Shown: positions 9,762-19,297, counted from the first letter of the stretch. The stretch: DNA of 64,000 nt from Thermodesulfobacteriota bacterium (GCA_963422265.1 OY729416.1:608001-672000), one strand, 5' to 3'. Made by a program: numbers and translations. Notes: generated from the sequence alone by a model not told the origin.

Positions 9762-12700
9762 ATGAATAAAACTTCCGCCAAGCATTTAGTAAAGCAAACG
9801 CTAGAGCATTCTTTTGACAAAGGGCGCTTTGCTTATTTAGTTAAGAATATCCTTAACCATGTTGACGAAGACTCTTTCACCTACCAAGGCAATTTAATAT
9901 TTGATGACTTTGACGATTCAATAGCAAAAGTAGAACGCACAAGCAAATATACTGACCCGCAAGATAGACTCCTCGACATTCTGGTTGTCCACCTTAAAAA
10001 AGAAACCTCGCTTGAGCGGGCGCGGACGATGCAAAGAAACTTCGTCGCCAAATACCTTAATGGTAGTCGGGGCGGAGTATTAAAAGACGCCGCGCTTGTA
10101 GCATTTGTAGCGCCTAATGGTGAAGATTGGCGTTTCTCCTTTGTCAAGATGGAATACAGGTTCGATGAAAAGGGTAAAGTAAAAGAAGAGTTCACTCCCG
10201 CCCGCCGTTACTCATTTCTAGTAGGTAAAAACGAACATAGCCACACTGCCCAGAGCAACCTCTTGCCTCTGCTTCAGGACGATGAAGCGAAACCCACGCT
10301 CGCATACATAGAACAAGCCTTTAGCGTAGAGCGGGTTACGAAAGAATTCTTTGAAAAATACAGAGAGCTTTACCTACATCTTAAAGAGGCTTTGGACGAG
10401 ATTGTAGAGAAAGACCCAAAAATAGAAGCGGACTTTGAAGGCAAAAGCGTAGATACCGTTGATTTCGCTAAAAAGCTTATGGGTCAGATTGTATTTCTCT
10501 ATTTCCTACAAAAGAAGGGATGGTTTGGGGTGGCGAGAGGAAAAGAATGGGGTGAAGGCAATAAGCAGTTTTTGCGACACTTGTTTCCAAGGGAGCGGGA
10601 AGAAGGTAAGAACTACTTCAATAGATTTCTAGAGCCATTATTCTACGAGGCTCTGCGATTAGAGCGTCCCAAAGACTATTACGATCAGTTTGAATGTCGT
10701 ATTCCGTTCTTAAACGGTGGGCTTTTTGATCCTATAAACGATTACGATTGGCAAGATACGGATATAGAGATACCGAATGAGATTTTCAGTAATAATGAAT
10801 TAACGAAAGAAGGGGATACAGGAAGCGGGATTTTAGACGTTTTCGACCGTTACAACTTCACTGTCAAGGAAGATGAACCACTAGAGAAGGAAGTGGCGGT
10901 TGACCCTGAGATGCTCGGAAAGGTCTTTGAGAATCTCCTTGATATTAAAGACCGAAAGTCCAAAGGGACTTACTACACGCCGCGTGAGATTGTTCATTAC
11001 ATGTGTCAAGAGAGCCTGATCAATGCGTTACATACTAATCTTGATGGAATCATTCCTATAAATGACTTGGAAGCACTTATAAAACATGGTGATGCTTTTG
11101 TTGAGCATGAAGAGACCCGTATTGAAAAAATTGCTAACAGAAAGGCTAAGAATGCAGATTACAAAGGAAGTTACAAGAGGCGGCGGCTTCCAGCTAGTAT
11201 TGAAGAATATGCTGAACTTATAGATGATGAACTAGCTTCAATGCGTGTATGTGACCCGGCAGTGGGAAGCGGCGCATTCGTAGTGGGAATGATGAATGAG
11301 ATAATAAGAGCAAGAAGGACGCTCGCACCATATACTGATGGGAACAAAGAAGACGCATCTTATCACTTCAAACGTCACGCAATACAGCACTGCCTTTACG
11401 GCGTAGATATAGATCCCGGAGCGGTAGAAATCGCTAAGCTCAGGTTGTGGTTATCGCTGGTCGTAGATGAGGAGGATAGGGGGAAAATAAAACCTTTGCC
11501 CAATCTGGACTATAAAATTATTCAAGGTAATTCTCTCTTAAGCGTTGAGAAAGACCTTTTCAACCAAGAGCTGTTTAACCAGATTGAGAAATTGAAACCG
11601 CTTTATTTCAATGAAACGAATGCGGGGGAAAAACAAAAGTATAAAAACCAGATTGATGAACTCATTAGTCAGATTACCAAAGGACATAAGGAGTTTGATT
11701 TTGAAGTTTACTTTTCAGAAGTTTTCCATAATGAAAAGAAAGGCTTTGACGTTGTAATAGGCAACCCACCGTATGTCAATGTCGAAAACCTTTCTGCGGA
11801 GATGCGGAGCTACCTGTTCAGCAATTATCAAGCCTGCGAAAAGCGTACGGATATTTACATCGCATTTCTTGAAAAATCACTTTCCCTGCTCAACGGCAAC
11901 GGATCGATGTGCTTTATCATTCCTGCCGCTTTCACCAAGCAACAGTATGCAACGACAATGCGCAAAATCTTCGTTGCAAACCACACCCTTCAGGAATTGG
12001 TGGACGCCAGCAGTTACCGCATTTTTGAGAATGCGGTTGTGTACAATGTTGTTTTGAGGATTGCCAAGGGCAGAAAAAATGTGCCGACAAGGATACGACT
12101 GTATCACAACAATAGTGACTTTGACAGTCGCAGCGGTATGGAATTCCTGGTTGACCAGAGCTTCTTTGACTTACTCAAGGATTGTCGCTTTGACACAAAC
12201 CCGTCCATTTCGGATGCCGTCAAGATAAAGGAAAAGATATGGCGCAATGCCATACGCCTTGATCGGATTTGCCTCATTGCCTACGGTGCCAGACTCAACC
12301 ATCGTTCCGCAAAAATTGGTAAGTCGCACTACATAAGCTCGTCGCCGGTCGCTGGCAGCAAGAAGTTTTGCGAAGGGCGCAACATTGGACGCTATTCATT
12401 CTCTCAAGACGGCTGGCTGGATTACGCACCGGACGAGCACTACAACCCAATGTTTCCAGAACTGTTTGAGAGCGAGAAGCTGATGTTCATCAACATTGTG
12501 AAAGACCGGCTGCGGTTCGCCTACGATGATGAAGGCTTCTACAACAGCCACACTGTCATAAACTGCGTGCGGTTGGACTTGCTTTCCGGGACCCCGCATA
12601 CATCAGCTGTTCGCGCGATAAGAAATGCTGACATCTCAATCGCTAGACGGTTTGACTGCAAATTTCTGCTGGCAATTCTCAACTCGCAATTGACAAACTG

Positions 12701-12947
12701 GTACTTTCTCAATTTTTTGAGCGAAAGTCTTCATTTCTATCCCAACGACGCCAAAGAACTTCCCATCCCCAGAGTCCACGCCGCCGAGCAGCATCCGTTC
12801 ATCCGCCTCGTTGACAGCATCCTCCAAACCAAATATATCGATCAGTCTGCCGCCACCACTGAGCAGGAAGCAGAGATAAATCAATTGGTCTACGCGCTGT
12901 ATGGATTGACGGCAGGGGAAATTGAACTTGTGGAGGGGGAAAGGTGA
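9762..12947 (+). CDS. Type IIG (Eco57I/TaqI-C-like) restriction-modification enzyme, gamma-class amino-methyltransferase with C-terminal target recognition domain
   Basis: FLNGGLF, DPEMLGKVFE, GTYYTPREIV, DPAVGSGAF, GNPPY, C-terminal VYALYGLT..EI. Confidence 0.92.
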   Translation: MNKTSAKHLVKQTLEHSFDKGRFAYLVKNILNHVDEDSFTYQGNLIFDDFDDSIAKVERTSKYTDPQDRLLDILVVHLKKETSLERARTMQRNFVAKYLNGSRGGVLKDAALVAFVAPNGEDWRFSFVKMEYRFDEKGKVKEEFTPARRYSFLVGKNEHSHTAQSNLLPLLQDDEAKPTLAYIEQAFSVERVTKEFFEKYRELYLHLKEALDEIVEKDPKIEADFEGKSVDTVDFAKKLMGQIVFLYFLQKKGWFGVARGKEWGEGNKQFLRHLFPREREEGKNYFNRFLEPLFYEALRLERPKDYYDQFECRIPFLNGGLFDPINDYDWQDTDIEIPNEIFSNNELTKEGDTGSGILDVFDRYNFTVKEDEPLEKEVAVDPEMLGKVFENLLDIKDRKSKGTYYTPREIVHYMCQESLINALHTNLDGIIPINDLEALIKHGDAFVEHEETRIEKIANRKAKNADYKGSYKRRRLPASIEEYAELIDDELASMRVCDPAVGSGAFVVGMMNEIIRARRTLAPYTDGNKEDASYHFKRHAIQHCLYGVDIDPGAVEIAKLRLWLSLVVDEEDRGKIKPLPNLDYKIIQGNSLLSVEKDLFNQELFNQIEKLKPLYFNETNAGEKQKYKNQIDELISQITKGHKEFDFEVYFSEVFHNEKKGFDVVIGNPPYVNVENLSAEMRSYLFSNYQACEKRTDIYIAFLEKSLSLLNGNGSMCFIIPAAFTKQQYATTMRKIFVANHTLQELVDASSYRIFENAVVYNVVLRIAKGRKNVPTRIRLYHNNSDFDSRSGMEFLVDQSFFDLLKDCRFDTNPSISDAVKIKEKIWRNAIRLDRICLIAYGARLNHRSAKIGKSHYISSSPVAGSKKFCEGRNIGRYSFSQDGWLDYAPDEHYNPMFPELFESEKLMFINIVKDRLRFAYDDEGFYNSHTVINCVRLDLLSGTPHTSAVRAIRNADISIARRFDCKFLLAILNSQLTNWYFLNFLSESLHFYPNDAKELPIPRVHAAEQHPFIRLVDSILQTKYIDQSAATTEQEAEINQLVYALYGLTAGEIELVEGER

Positions 12948-14920
12948 GCGCGTCTGAACGGCAAGACACAACCGTCAGAATCCTGGCATTGATTAAGGAA
13001 ATCACAGTAAAGTCCTCCGATGAAAACTACATCTACCGCGGTGAACCAGAACGCTACCCTAAAGTATCCTCGACGCTTCACCGCCAATTCGCAGACGTGG
13101 ATGCGGCGCACTTTAATCTGGAGGAAGTCCAGAAGGAGATACTGAAAAATGCCAAGAAATACACATCCACAACTGATGAGTTGGAAATCCTGACACAACT
13201 CCAGCACCATGGCGGCAACACCAATCTTATCGACTTTACAAACGACTGCCACATAGCCCTCTTTTTCGCCTGCGACGGTTCCTATGACAAAGATGGTAGG
13301 GTTGTCCTGCTGAAAAAAGCAACGGAACAAGGCCAGATCAGACAGCCCCGGAACCCTGCCAACCGCGTCATCGCTCAGAAGAGCATCTTTGTGCAGCCAC
13401 CTAAAGGCTTTATTAGCCCCGATGGTGATCCCATCATCATCCCGAAGGACCTCAAAAAACACATACTGGACCATCTGCAAAGATACAAAGGCATATCCAC
13501 CGAAACCATCTACAACGACCTGCACGGCTTTATCAAAAATCAGGGAATCCACCAAAGTGCCTACACGGAGTTTTACAGAGGTCTGACTTATTCAACAAAG
13601 AGAGGTGAATCGGCAGACAAGAAAAAACAACGGGAATTCTATAAAAAAGCCATTAAACATTACACTGAAGCCTTGAGATTGAACCCGAATCTCGCCTCAG
13701 CCTACTGTAACCGAGGAGTCGCCAAGGAAAAACTTGAACTACACGGAGAAGCCATTGAAGACTATAACCAAGCTATTAGAATCTATCCTGATTTTGCAGA
13801 GGCATATAATAATCGCGGGACTGCTAAAGACAAACTAGGCAAACACGAAGAAGCCATTGAAGACTTCGACAAAACCATTAGTATCAATCCTAACCTTGCA
13901 GAGGCATATAATAATCGCGGGACTGCTAAAGACAAACTAGGCAAACACGGAGAAGCCATTGAAGACTTCGACAAAACCATTAGTATCAATCCTAAATATG
14001 CAGAGGCATATAGTAATCGTGGGGCTGCCAAAGGAAAGCTAGGCAAATACGAAGAAGCCATTGAAGACTTCGACAAAACCATTAGTATCAATCCTAACCT
14101 TGCAGAGGCATATTTCAATCGTGGGACTGCCAAAGGAAAGCTAGGCAAATACGAAGGAGCCATTGAGGACTTCGACAAAGCCATTAGTATCAATCCTGAA
14201 TATGCAAACGCATATTTCAATTGCGGGGTTGCCAAATACGACCTAGGCAAATACGAGGAAGCTATCAAAGACTATAACGAAGCCATCAGCATCAATCCTA
14301 AATATGCGAAGGCATATTTCAATCGCGGGACTGCTAAAGACAACCTAGGCAAACACAAAGAAGCTATCAAAGACTACGACAAAGCCATCAGTATCAATCC
14401 TGAACATGCAGAGGCATATTGCAATCGTGGGGCTGCCAAAGGAAAGCTAGGCAAATACGAAGAAGCCATTGAAGACTTCGACAAAGCCATTAGCATAAAT
14501 CCTGAATATGCGGAGACATATTACAATCGCGGGAATGCTAAATACACACTAGGCAAATACGAAGAAGCCATTGAAGACTATAACCAAGCCATTAGTATCA
14601 ATCCTAAATATGCAGACGCATATTGCAATCGTGGGGCTGCCAAAGGAAAGCTAGGCAAATACGAAGAAGCCATTGAAGACTTCGACAAAGCCATCATCAT
14701 AAATCCTGAATATGCAGACGCATATTGCAATCGCGGAGAGGCTTGGCTGCACTTGCAAGTATGGGAAAAAGCCAAATCAGACCTGACCAATGCCAAGAAA
14801 AAGGGAGTAGATATAATCGCTGCGTTTCATAACGACTATAAGAGCATTGAAGACTTCGAGCGGAAGAATGACGTTGAGCTTCCGGAAGACATCAAAGCCC
14901 TGCTGATACGAAAGTCGTAA
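12944..14920 (+). CDS. FRG-domain protein with TPR array
   Basis: YIYRGE, LQHHGGNTNLIDFT, IALFFAC, NRVIAQKSIF, then about 11 34-aa TPRs; GTGA overlap with the RM gene stop. Confidence 0.88.
   Translation: MSASERQDTTVRILALIKEITVKSSDENYIYRGEPERYPKVSSTLHRQFADVDAAHFNLEEVQKEILKNAKKYTSTTDELEILTQLQHHGGNTNLIDFTNDCHIALFFACDGSYDKDGRVVLLKKATEQGQIRQPRNPANRVIAQKSIFVQPPKGFISPDGDPIIIPKDLKKHILDHLQRYKGISTETIYNDLHGFIKNQGIHQSAYTEFYRGLTYSTKRGESADKKKQREFYKKAIKHYTEALRLNPNLASAYCNRGVAKEKLELHGEAIEDYNQAIRIYPDFAEAYNNRGTAKDKLGKHEEAIEDFDKTISINPNLAEAYNNRGTAKDKLGKHGEAIEDFDKTISINPKYAEAYSNRGAAKGKLGKYEEAIEDFDKTISINPNLAEAYFNRGTAKGKLGKYEGAIEDFDKAISINPEYANAYFNCGVAKYDLGKYEEAIKDYNEAISINPKYAKAYFNRGTAKDNLGKHKEAIKDYDKAISINPEHAEAYCNRGAAKGKLGKYEEAIEDFDKAISINPEYAETYYNRGNAKYTLGKYEEAIEDYNQAISINPKYADAYCNRGAAKGKLGKYEEAIEDFDKAIIINPEYADAYCNRGEAWLHLQVWEKAKSDLTNAKKKGVDIIAAFHNDYKSIEDFERKNDVELPEDIKALLIRKS
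13691..14790 (+). repeat. 102-bp tandem TPR-coding repeats, about 11 units
   Basis: Recurrent gcagaggcatat..aatcg.ggg.ctgc.aaag..aa.ctaggcaaa.acgaagaagccattgaagacttcgacaaa. Confidence 0.92.
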
Positions 14921-15409
14921 TGAGTCTTTATAAACTGAGCTTTTACAATTAACATGCAAAACCTTCTTCCTCATCTCCCCTATTAACTGTATAACAAACC
15001 AACATCTGTGGATTATCGGTCTTAGTTTTTGGTATCCTGAACTGGTTGGTGAGTTCACCAAACCGTTCAGCTCTCCCGCCCTTTTGAAAACCTTACAAAC
15101 TTATACTTTTTAGCGATTTTCTGGCTATGGAAAAGATGGTTTGACACGGCTTTAAGTGCTTTTAAGAACAGAAACCCTAATGATTGCAGGGTTTTGCAAA
15201 AGATTTTTGCCCGTAAAGTTTTTAATAACTTTCACGGATAACTCTCAGATTAAACAACTTTTAAAACGCTATTTAAGCCTTTATTTATAGGGGTTTAATG
15301 GACGTTTAATGAGATGAATAAGTGTCATATTATACCAACTTGTGCGGTAAAGTTTTTTTAAGTTCGCTTCTTAAATTTGATTTCTTTAATCCTGTATCAA
15401 ATCCCCCTT

Positions 15410-15705
15410 AATCCCCCTTTTCTAAAGGGGGAAAAGAAAGAGTAACCACCGATAAATTGCTCGTGTCGTTTTTGGCAAGGCTGGATTCCCGCTTGGAGGC
15501 AGGAATGACAAAAGCGCTCTCACACCTTGTTCTCCCCGTCAAATCCCCCTTTTCTAAAGGGGGAAAAGAAAGGGTAATCACCGATAAATTGCTCGTGTCG
15601 TTTTTGGTAAGGCTGGATTCCCACTTGGAGGCAGGAATGACAAAAGCACCTTCACACCTTGCCGGCCGTCAAATCCCCCCCCCTATATCCCCTTTTCTAA
15701 AGAAG
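15410..15705. repeat. Two tandem units of about 131 bp plus a partial third, with REP-like palindromes
   Basis: 15410-15541 and 15542-15671 are near-identical; they contain TCCCCCTTTTCTAAAGGGGGA and CTGGATTCCCRCTTGGAGGCAGGAATGAC. Confidence 0.85.
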
Positions 15706-15989
15706 AATAGCAAAAGGACTAGATTCCAATTCCCACCTATATGTCATTTTGACCCATGTCCCGAGGGAAGCCGAGTGGATAGGAGATATCTGTCTTTTAC
15801 TTGGTTGAGAGAAAAGATGAGATCCCTCTACTCAGCTACCCCATTCGACAAATTCAGGATACCGCTTCCTCGTTTTCATAAGAACTTGCTTTTAGGGAAC
15901 GCATGTATATTGCAAGCCCCAAAAAACTATGCGCTCTGCCCTTTATCAGATTCAAGATATGGTTGTGGCAGAGTAGAGGAGGAAGCAAA

Positions 15990-17057
15990 ATGAAGAACAC
16001 CAAAACACTAACTAGTGAGTTGTTAGATATCGAGGATGTCTTTTCCGCATCCTTAGCCCCGCGCACACGGAAAGTTTATGCTAAGTGCTGGCGCGAGTTT
16101 GAAAAATATTGCGAGCAGGAGGGAATAACTCCTCTTGAGGCGACTGCTGAGCAAGTGGCTAATTTCTTTATATGGATAGCCAATCAGCCACGCCCCAAAA
16201 GTATGATGGGAGAGTATCTGAAGATGGGGACTTTAGTTCAAATCAAGAGCGCTATCGCCAGACGGTTTAAGGATAACGATAAGGCATCCCCAACAAGTAG
16301 TGCAAAGGTAGAGTTGGCGTTGAAGGGACTGGCGCGGCTAAAAGGGAATAAACCCCGACAAGTAAAGGCTCTGACGGACAAACATATAAAGAAAATCCTA
16401 ACGAAGATAGATTATGAAATCCGAAGGTATTCAACAATGCCACCTTCTGAACGCTCCCTCGGAGATAGAATAATAACCAAGAAGAGGGGCAAATGGAGTT
16501 GGACTTACATTCAGCGAGCAGCCAAGCTATACAGGGATGCTTCTATTCTGTCGTTAGGTTTTGCAGCAGCCCTAAGGCGTTCTGAAATTATGGGAATTAA
16601 GGTAGAACACTTAGAGTTTATCAAAAATTCTAATAAGATGATCCTTCATATACCTAAATCCAAAACGGATCAGGAAGGGCTAGGACAGCAAATTCCGATT
16701 ATTGACGGTAAGAGTATTCAGCCAATAAGGCGTCTGAAAGAATGGCTGAACGTCTCAGGGCTTAAGAGAGGATACGTATATGTTACATTAAATAGAGCGG
16801 GCTCTTTTAATGATACTCCCCTGCACTTCTCCGACATCCCACGTATTATCAAACGATATGGAAAGTCAATCGGGCTTAATCCTAAGGAAATCTCTGGACA
16901 TTCACTGCGCGCGGGATTCGTTACTAGCGCCGCGGCTCATAAGGCAAGCCTTCATAAAATAATGGAAATCACACGGCATACAAGCCCTGTAACCGTAATG
17001 AAATATATTAGAGAAGCCAATTCTTTTAAGGATCATGCTGGAGGTAAATTTTTGTAA
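15990..17057 (+). CDS. Tyrosine recombinase (Cre-like, with SAM-like N-domain)
   Basis: AGGAGG RBS; catalytic residues in ALRRSE, KSKTDQ, GHSLRAG, TRH and MKY. Confidence 0.93.
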   Translation: MKNTKTLTSELLDIEDVFSASLAPRTRKVYAKCWREFEKYCEQEGITPLEATAEQVANFFIWIANQPRPKSMMGEYLKMGTLVQIKSAIARRFKDNDKASPTSSAKVELALKGLARLKGNKPRQVKALTDKHIKKILTKIDYEIRRYSTMPPSERSLGDRIITKKRGKWSWTYIQRAAKLYRDASILSLGFAAALRRSEIMGIKVEHLEFIKNSNKMILHIPKSKTDQEGLGQQIPIIDGKSIQPIRRLKEWLNVSGLKRGYVYVTLNRAGSFNDTPLHFSDIPRIIKRYGKSIGLNPKEISGHSLRAGFVTSAAAHKASLHKIMEITRHTSPVTVMKYIREANSFKDHAGGKFL

Positions 17058-17068
17058 ATCTACAAACC

Positions 17069-17149
17069 AAAGACAGTTTTAAGTTAGCAGTTATGAGTTT
17101 TCAGCAACTAGAAACTAATAACTGACAACTGTTCTTGAAACTTAAAACT
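17069..17149. repeat. 81-bp palindromic direct repeat, copy 1
   Basis: Identical to 18426-18506; internal inverted repeat AGTTTTAAGTT/AACTTAAAACT. Confidence 0.95.
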
Positions 17150-17343
17150 TAAAATTCATATAGGATAAACCTGAGCAGACTGAGGTTGAGAGTTAATTTG
17201 AACGAGGCGGGACTGGTGTTCCCCCCATTGACAAAACCATTGTCATCAACATAGACAATTTCAAGGCAGAAAACCAACTTAATTTTGCGTTTTGCGTGTT
17301 TATGCTACAGTACAAGTTTATCACGTCATATACGGCAGATGTA

Positions 17344-18366
17344 ATGATGTCATTGGAAGAGCATATACTGGATATTCAAGACAAGCTTAACAACAATAAA
17401 TATCCAAATGAGCAGGCAATCTCTCAAGGGGTTGTTTTGCGACTCTTAGAGACCATGGGGTGGCCAATTTATGAGCCAACATTGGTGATTCCGGAGTACA
17501 GGGTAAATGGCAGGAGAGTGGATTTTGCCCTGTGCACGCAAAGCGATAAGCCCATGATCTTTATTGAAGTAAAGCAACTTGGTAATACGCTTGGGGCAGA
17601 CAAACAAGTGTTTGAATATGCTTATCACAAGGGAGTTCCATTCGCTATCGTAACGGACGGGAGAGAGTGGCATTTCTATCTGCCTGCAGAAGTAGGAAAC
17701 TATGACGAACGGAAAGTATATGTGCTGGATCTAGTGGAACGTAATGTGCGTGAATCTTTAGAACATTTGCAGCGATATCTATCTTTTAATGAAGTAGAAA
17801 GCGGGAAGGCACTGGAAAATGCACGAGAAGATTATAAGAACGTATCAAGAGAGAGACGGGCCAGAGAGAATATTCCCGAAGCATGGAGAAAACTGATCAA
17901 AGAAGGGGATGAAATATTAATAGAATCTGTGTCTGAGAAAGTAGAAGCCCTTTGTGGATTTAAACCCGCGCAACAGCAAGTCCTCTCCTTTTTGAAATTA
18001 TTGGAACCAAACTCCGCAATAACTGAAACTAGAATAACACCGTCTGAAGGAAATCATCCTTCGCCAAAGCAGAGAAAGAAGATCAAAGTAACATTTCCTG
18101 ATGGAGATGAAATATATGAATCTGTAGTGGCAAAGATGTTTGTTAGAGTTATCAGGAAGATCGGTGCTGAAAAAGTACGTTCGTTAAATATACAGCAAGC
18201 TGGATATCCACTAATTTCGGAACAGGAATACAAAGACAAAGGACAGTGGGCTGCTGTTGATTCGGGGCTTTATGTGAATACGTGCTCAAATACGGATGTG
18301 AAATGTCAACACTTATGTGAAATAAATAGAAAACTGAACCTGGGATTAAAAATTGTTCCAAAGTAA
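17344..18366 (+). CDS. HsdR N-terminal (PD-(D/E)XK) domain protein
   Basis: NEQAISQGVV..LL..MGW, PEY..RVDFAL, IEVK, VTDGREW; no helicase domain. Confidence 0.85.
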   Translation: MMSLEEHILDIQDKLNNNKYPNEQAISQGVVLRLLETMGWPIYEPTLVIPEYRVNGRRVDFALCTQSDKPMIFIEVKQLGNTLGADKQVFEYAYHKGVPFAIVTDGREWHFYLPAEVGNYDERKVYVLDLVERNVRESLEHLQRYLSFNEVESGKALENAREDYKNVSRERRARENIPEAWRKLIKEGDEILIESVSEKVEALCGFKPAQQQVLSFLKLLEPNSAITETRITPSEGNHPSPKQRKKIKVTFPDGDEIYESVVAKMFVRVIRKIGAEKVRSLNIQQAGYPLISEQEYKDKGQWAAVDSGLYVNTCSNTDVKCQHLCEINRKLNLGLKIVPK

Positions 18367-18425
18367 GGAAAATAATCTACATATGTATTAGTGATCTGTT
18401 TGACCTTTGCCTTTTGGATGGTAAA

Positions 18426-18506
18426 AAAGACAGTTTTAAGTTAGCAGTTATGAGTTTTCAGCAACTAGAAACTAATAACTGACAACTGTTCTTGAAACTT
18501 AAAACT
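18426..18506. repeat. 81-bp palindromic direct repeat, copy 2
   Basis: Identical to 17069-17149. Confidence 0.95.
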
Positions 18507-18522
18507 CATATTGAGATAAACC

Positions 18523-18784
18523 ATGAGCAGTTGGACAGATAGTTACGAAGACGCAGAAGTTTTTATCCGCTGCTGGTAAAAACATTGGTATAGGAGAAAA
18601 TCCTAAAATCTGGATTGCCCTTAACTTTAATAAGGAAGGCAGACACCCCAAACTGATTGTCAGAGAGCTTTCTATAAAAGCTTTAGTCGATTGCTTTTTC
18701 AAGCCAGAGATGTATCAGTCAGCAGTTGAAACGATGCTTGAGCCAGACGCTGTGATTTTCGTAGAAACAGATAGATTCTATTGA
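18523..18784 (+). pseudogene. Frameshifted fragment of an unknown gene
   Basis: ATG 18523 (MSSWTDSYEDAEVF..), then an open frame GKNIGIGENPKIWIALNF..LEPDAVIFVETDRFY in another phase. Confidence 0.35.
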
Positions 18785-18885
18785 CGTTACAGATTTTAGA
18801 CCCGCACCAGACTTTGACGAAGCATGGCTGGATTCCTTCATCGGAAGCCAGCCAGATTGCACCGGAGAATTGACAATGGAAGAGT

Positions 18886-19035
18886 TCATAAATGGTTCTT
18901 ATGCTTAGGAGGCAACTTTTTTCTTTCCTCAATCATTTGCATTACCACACTGAGCTTTTGTAAATCCTTGCCCTGCTTCTTAAGTTTTCTTACGTCCTTT
19001 CGGAACTGTCTTTGTACTACTACCTTTCGATTCAC
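18886..19035 (-). pseudogene. yafQ: Truncated YafQ/RelE-family toxin
   Basis: QFRKDVRKLKKQGKDLQKL..LPPKHKNHL then a stop; C-terminal catalytic half absent. Confidence 0.75.
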
Positions 19036-19297
19036 CAATTGCAATTTCTCCAAAGAAAGAACTAACAGACTCCACTTGTTCAAGGTCAATTCCCATCTCT
19101 GTATTCATTATCGATTCCATAGTTTTTTGTGGCAGCCTCACATCAAATGGTAATCCGCGATTAATAATTATGCTTGAATAAAACATATCTATTGCGGATG
19201 AGGGAGTTAACCCTAACTCCGCAAGTATGCGTTCTGCTACGTTCTTCTTCTCTAAATTTATTCTTGATGCGACTGTCCCTTTCTTGTGACCGTTCAC
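18980..19297 (-). CDS. dinJ: RelB/DinJ antitoxin
   Basis: RINLEKKNVAERILAELGLTPSSAIDMF..GLPFDV. Confidence 0.88.
   Translation of the reverse strand: MNGHKKGTVASRINLEKKNVAERILAELGLTPSSAIDMFYSSIIINRGLPFDVRLPQKTMESIMNTEMGIDLEQVESVSSFFGEIAIGESKGSSTKTVPKGRKKT

Noticed and set aside
12890-13555. 221-aa minus-strand ORF and the many other antisense ORFs in the track
   Set aside because: Shadow frames of well-supported genes on the opposite strand
13691-14790. Regular repeats as a CRISPR array
   Set aside because: Units are 102-bp in-frame TPR codons without unique spacers; no cas genes in the window
14940-15110. Possible IS remnant on the minus strand
   Set aside because: Only a vague short peptide resemblance; no terminal repeats or catalytic motif
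15457-15993. 178-aa ORF
   Set aside because: It is a translation of the REP-like tandem repeats, with no protein-like features
15990-18506. Classical integron
   Set aside because: The recombinase lacks IntI features and points toward the cassette; the repeats lack attC RYYYAAC/GTTRRRY ends
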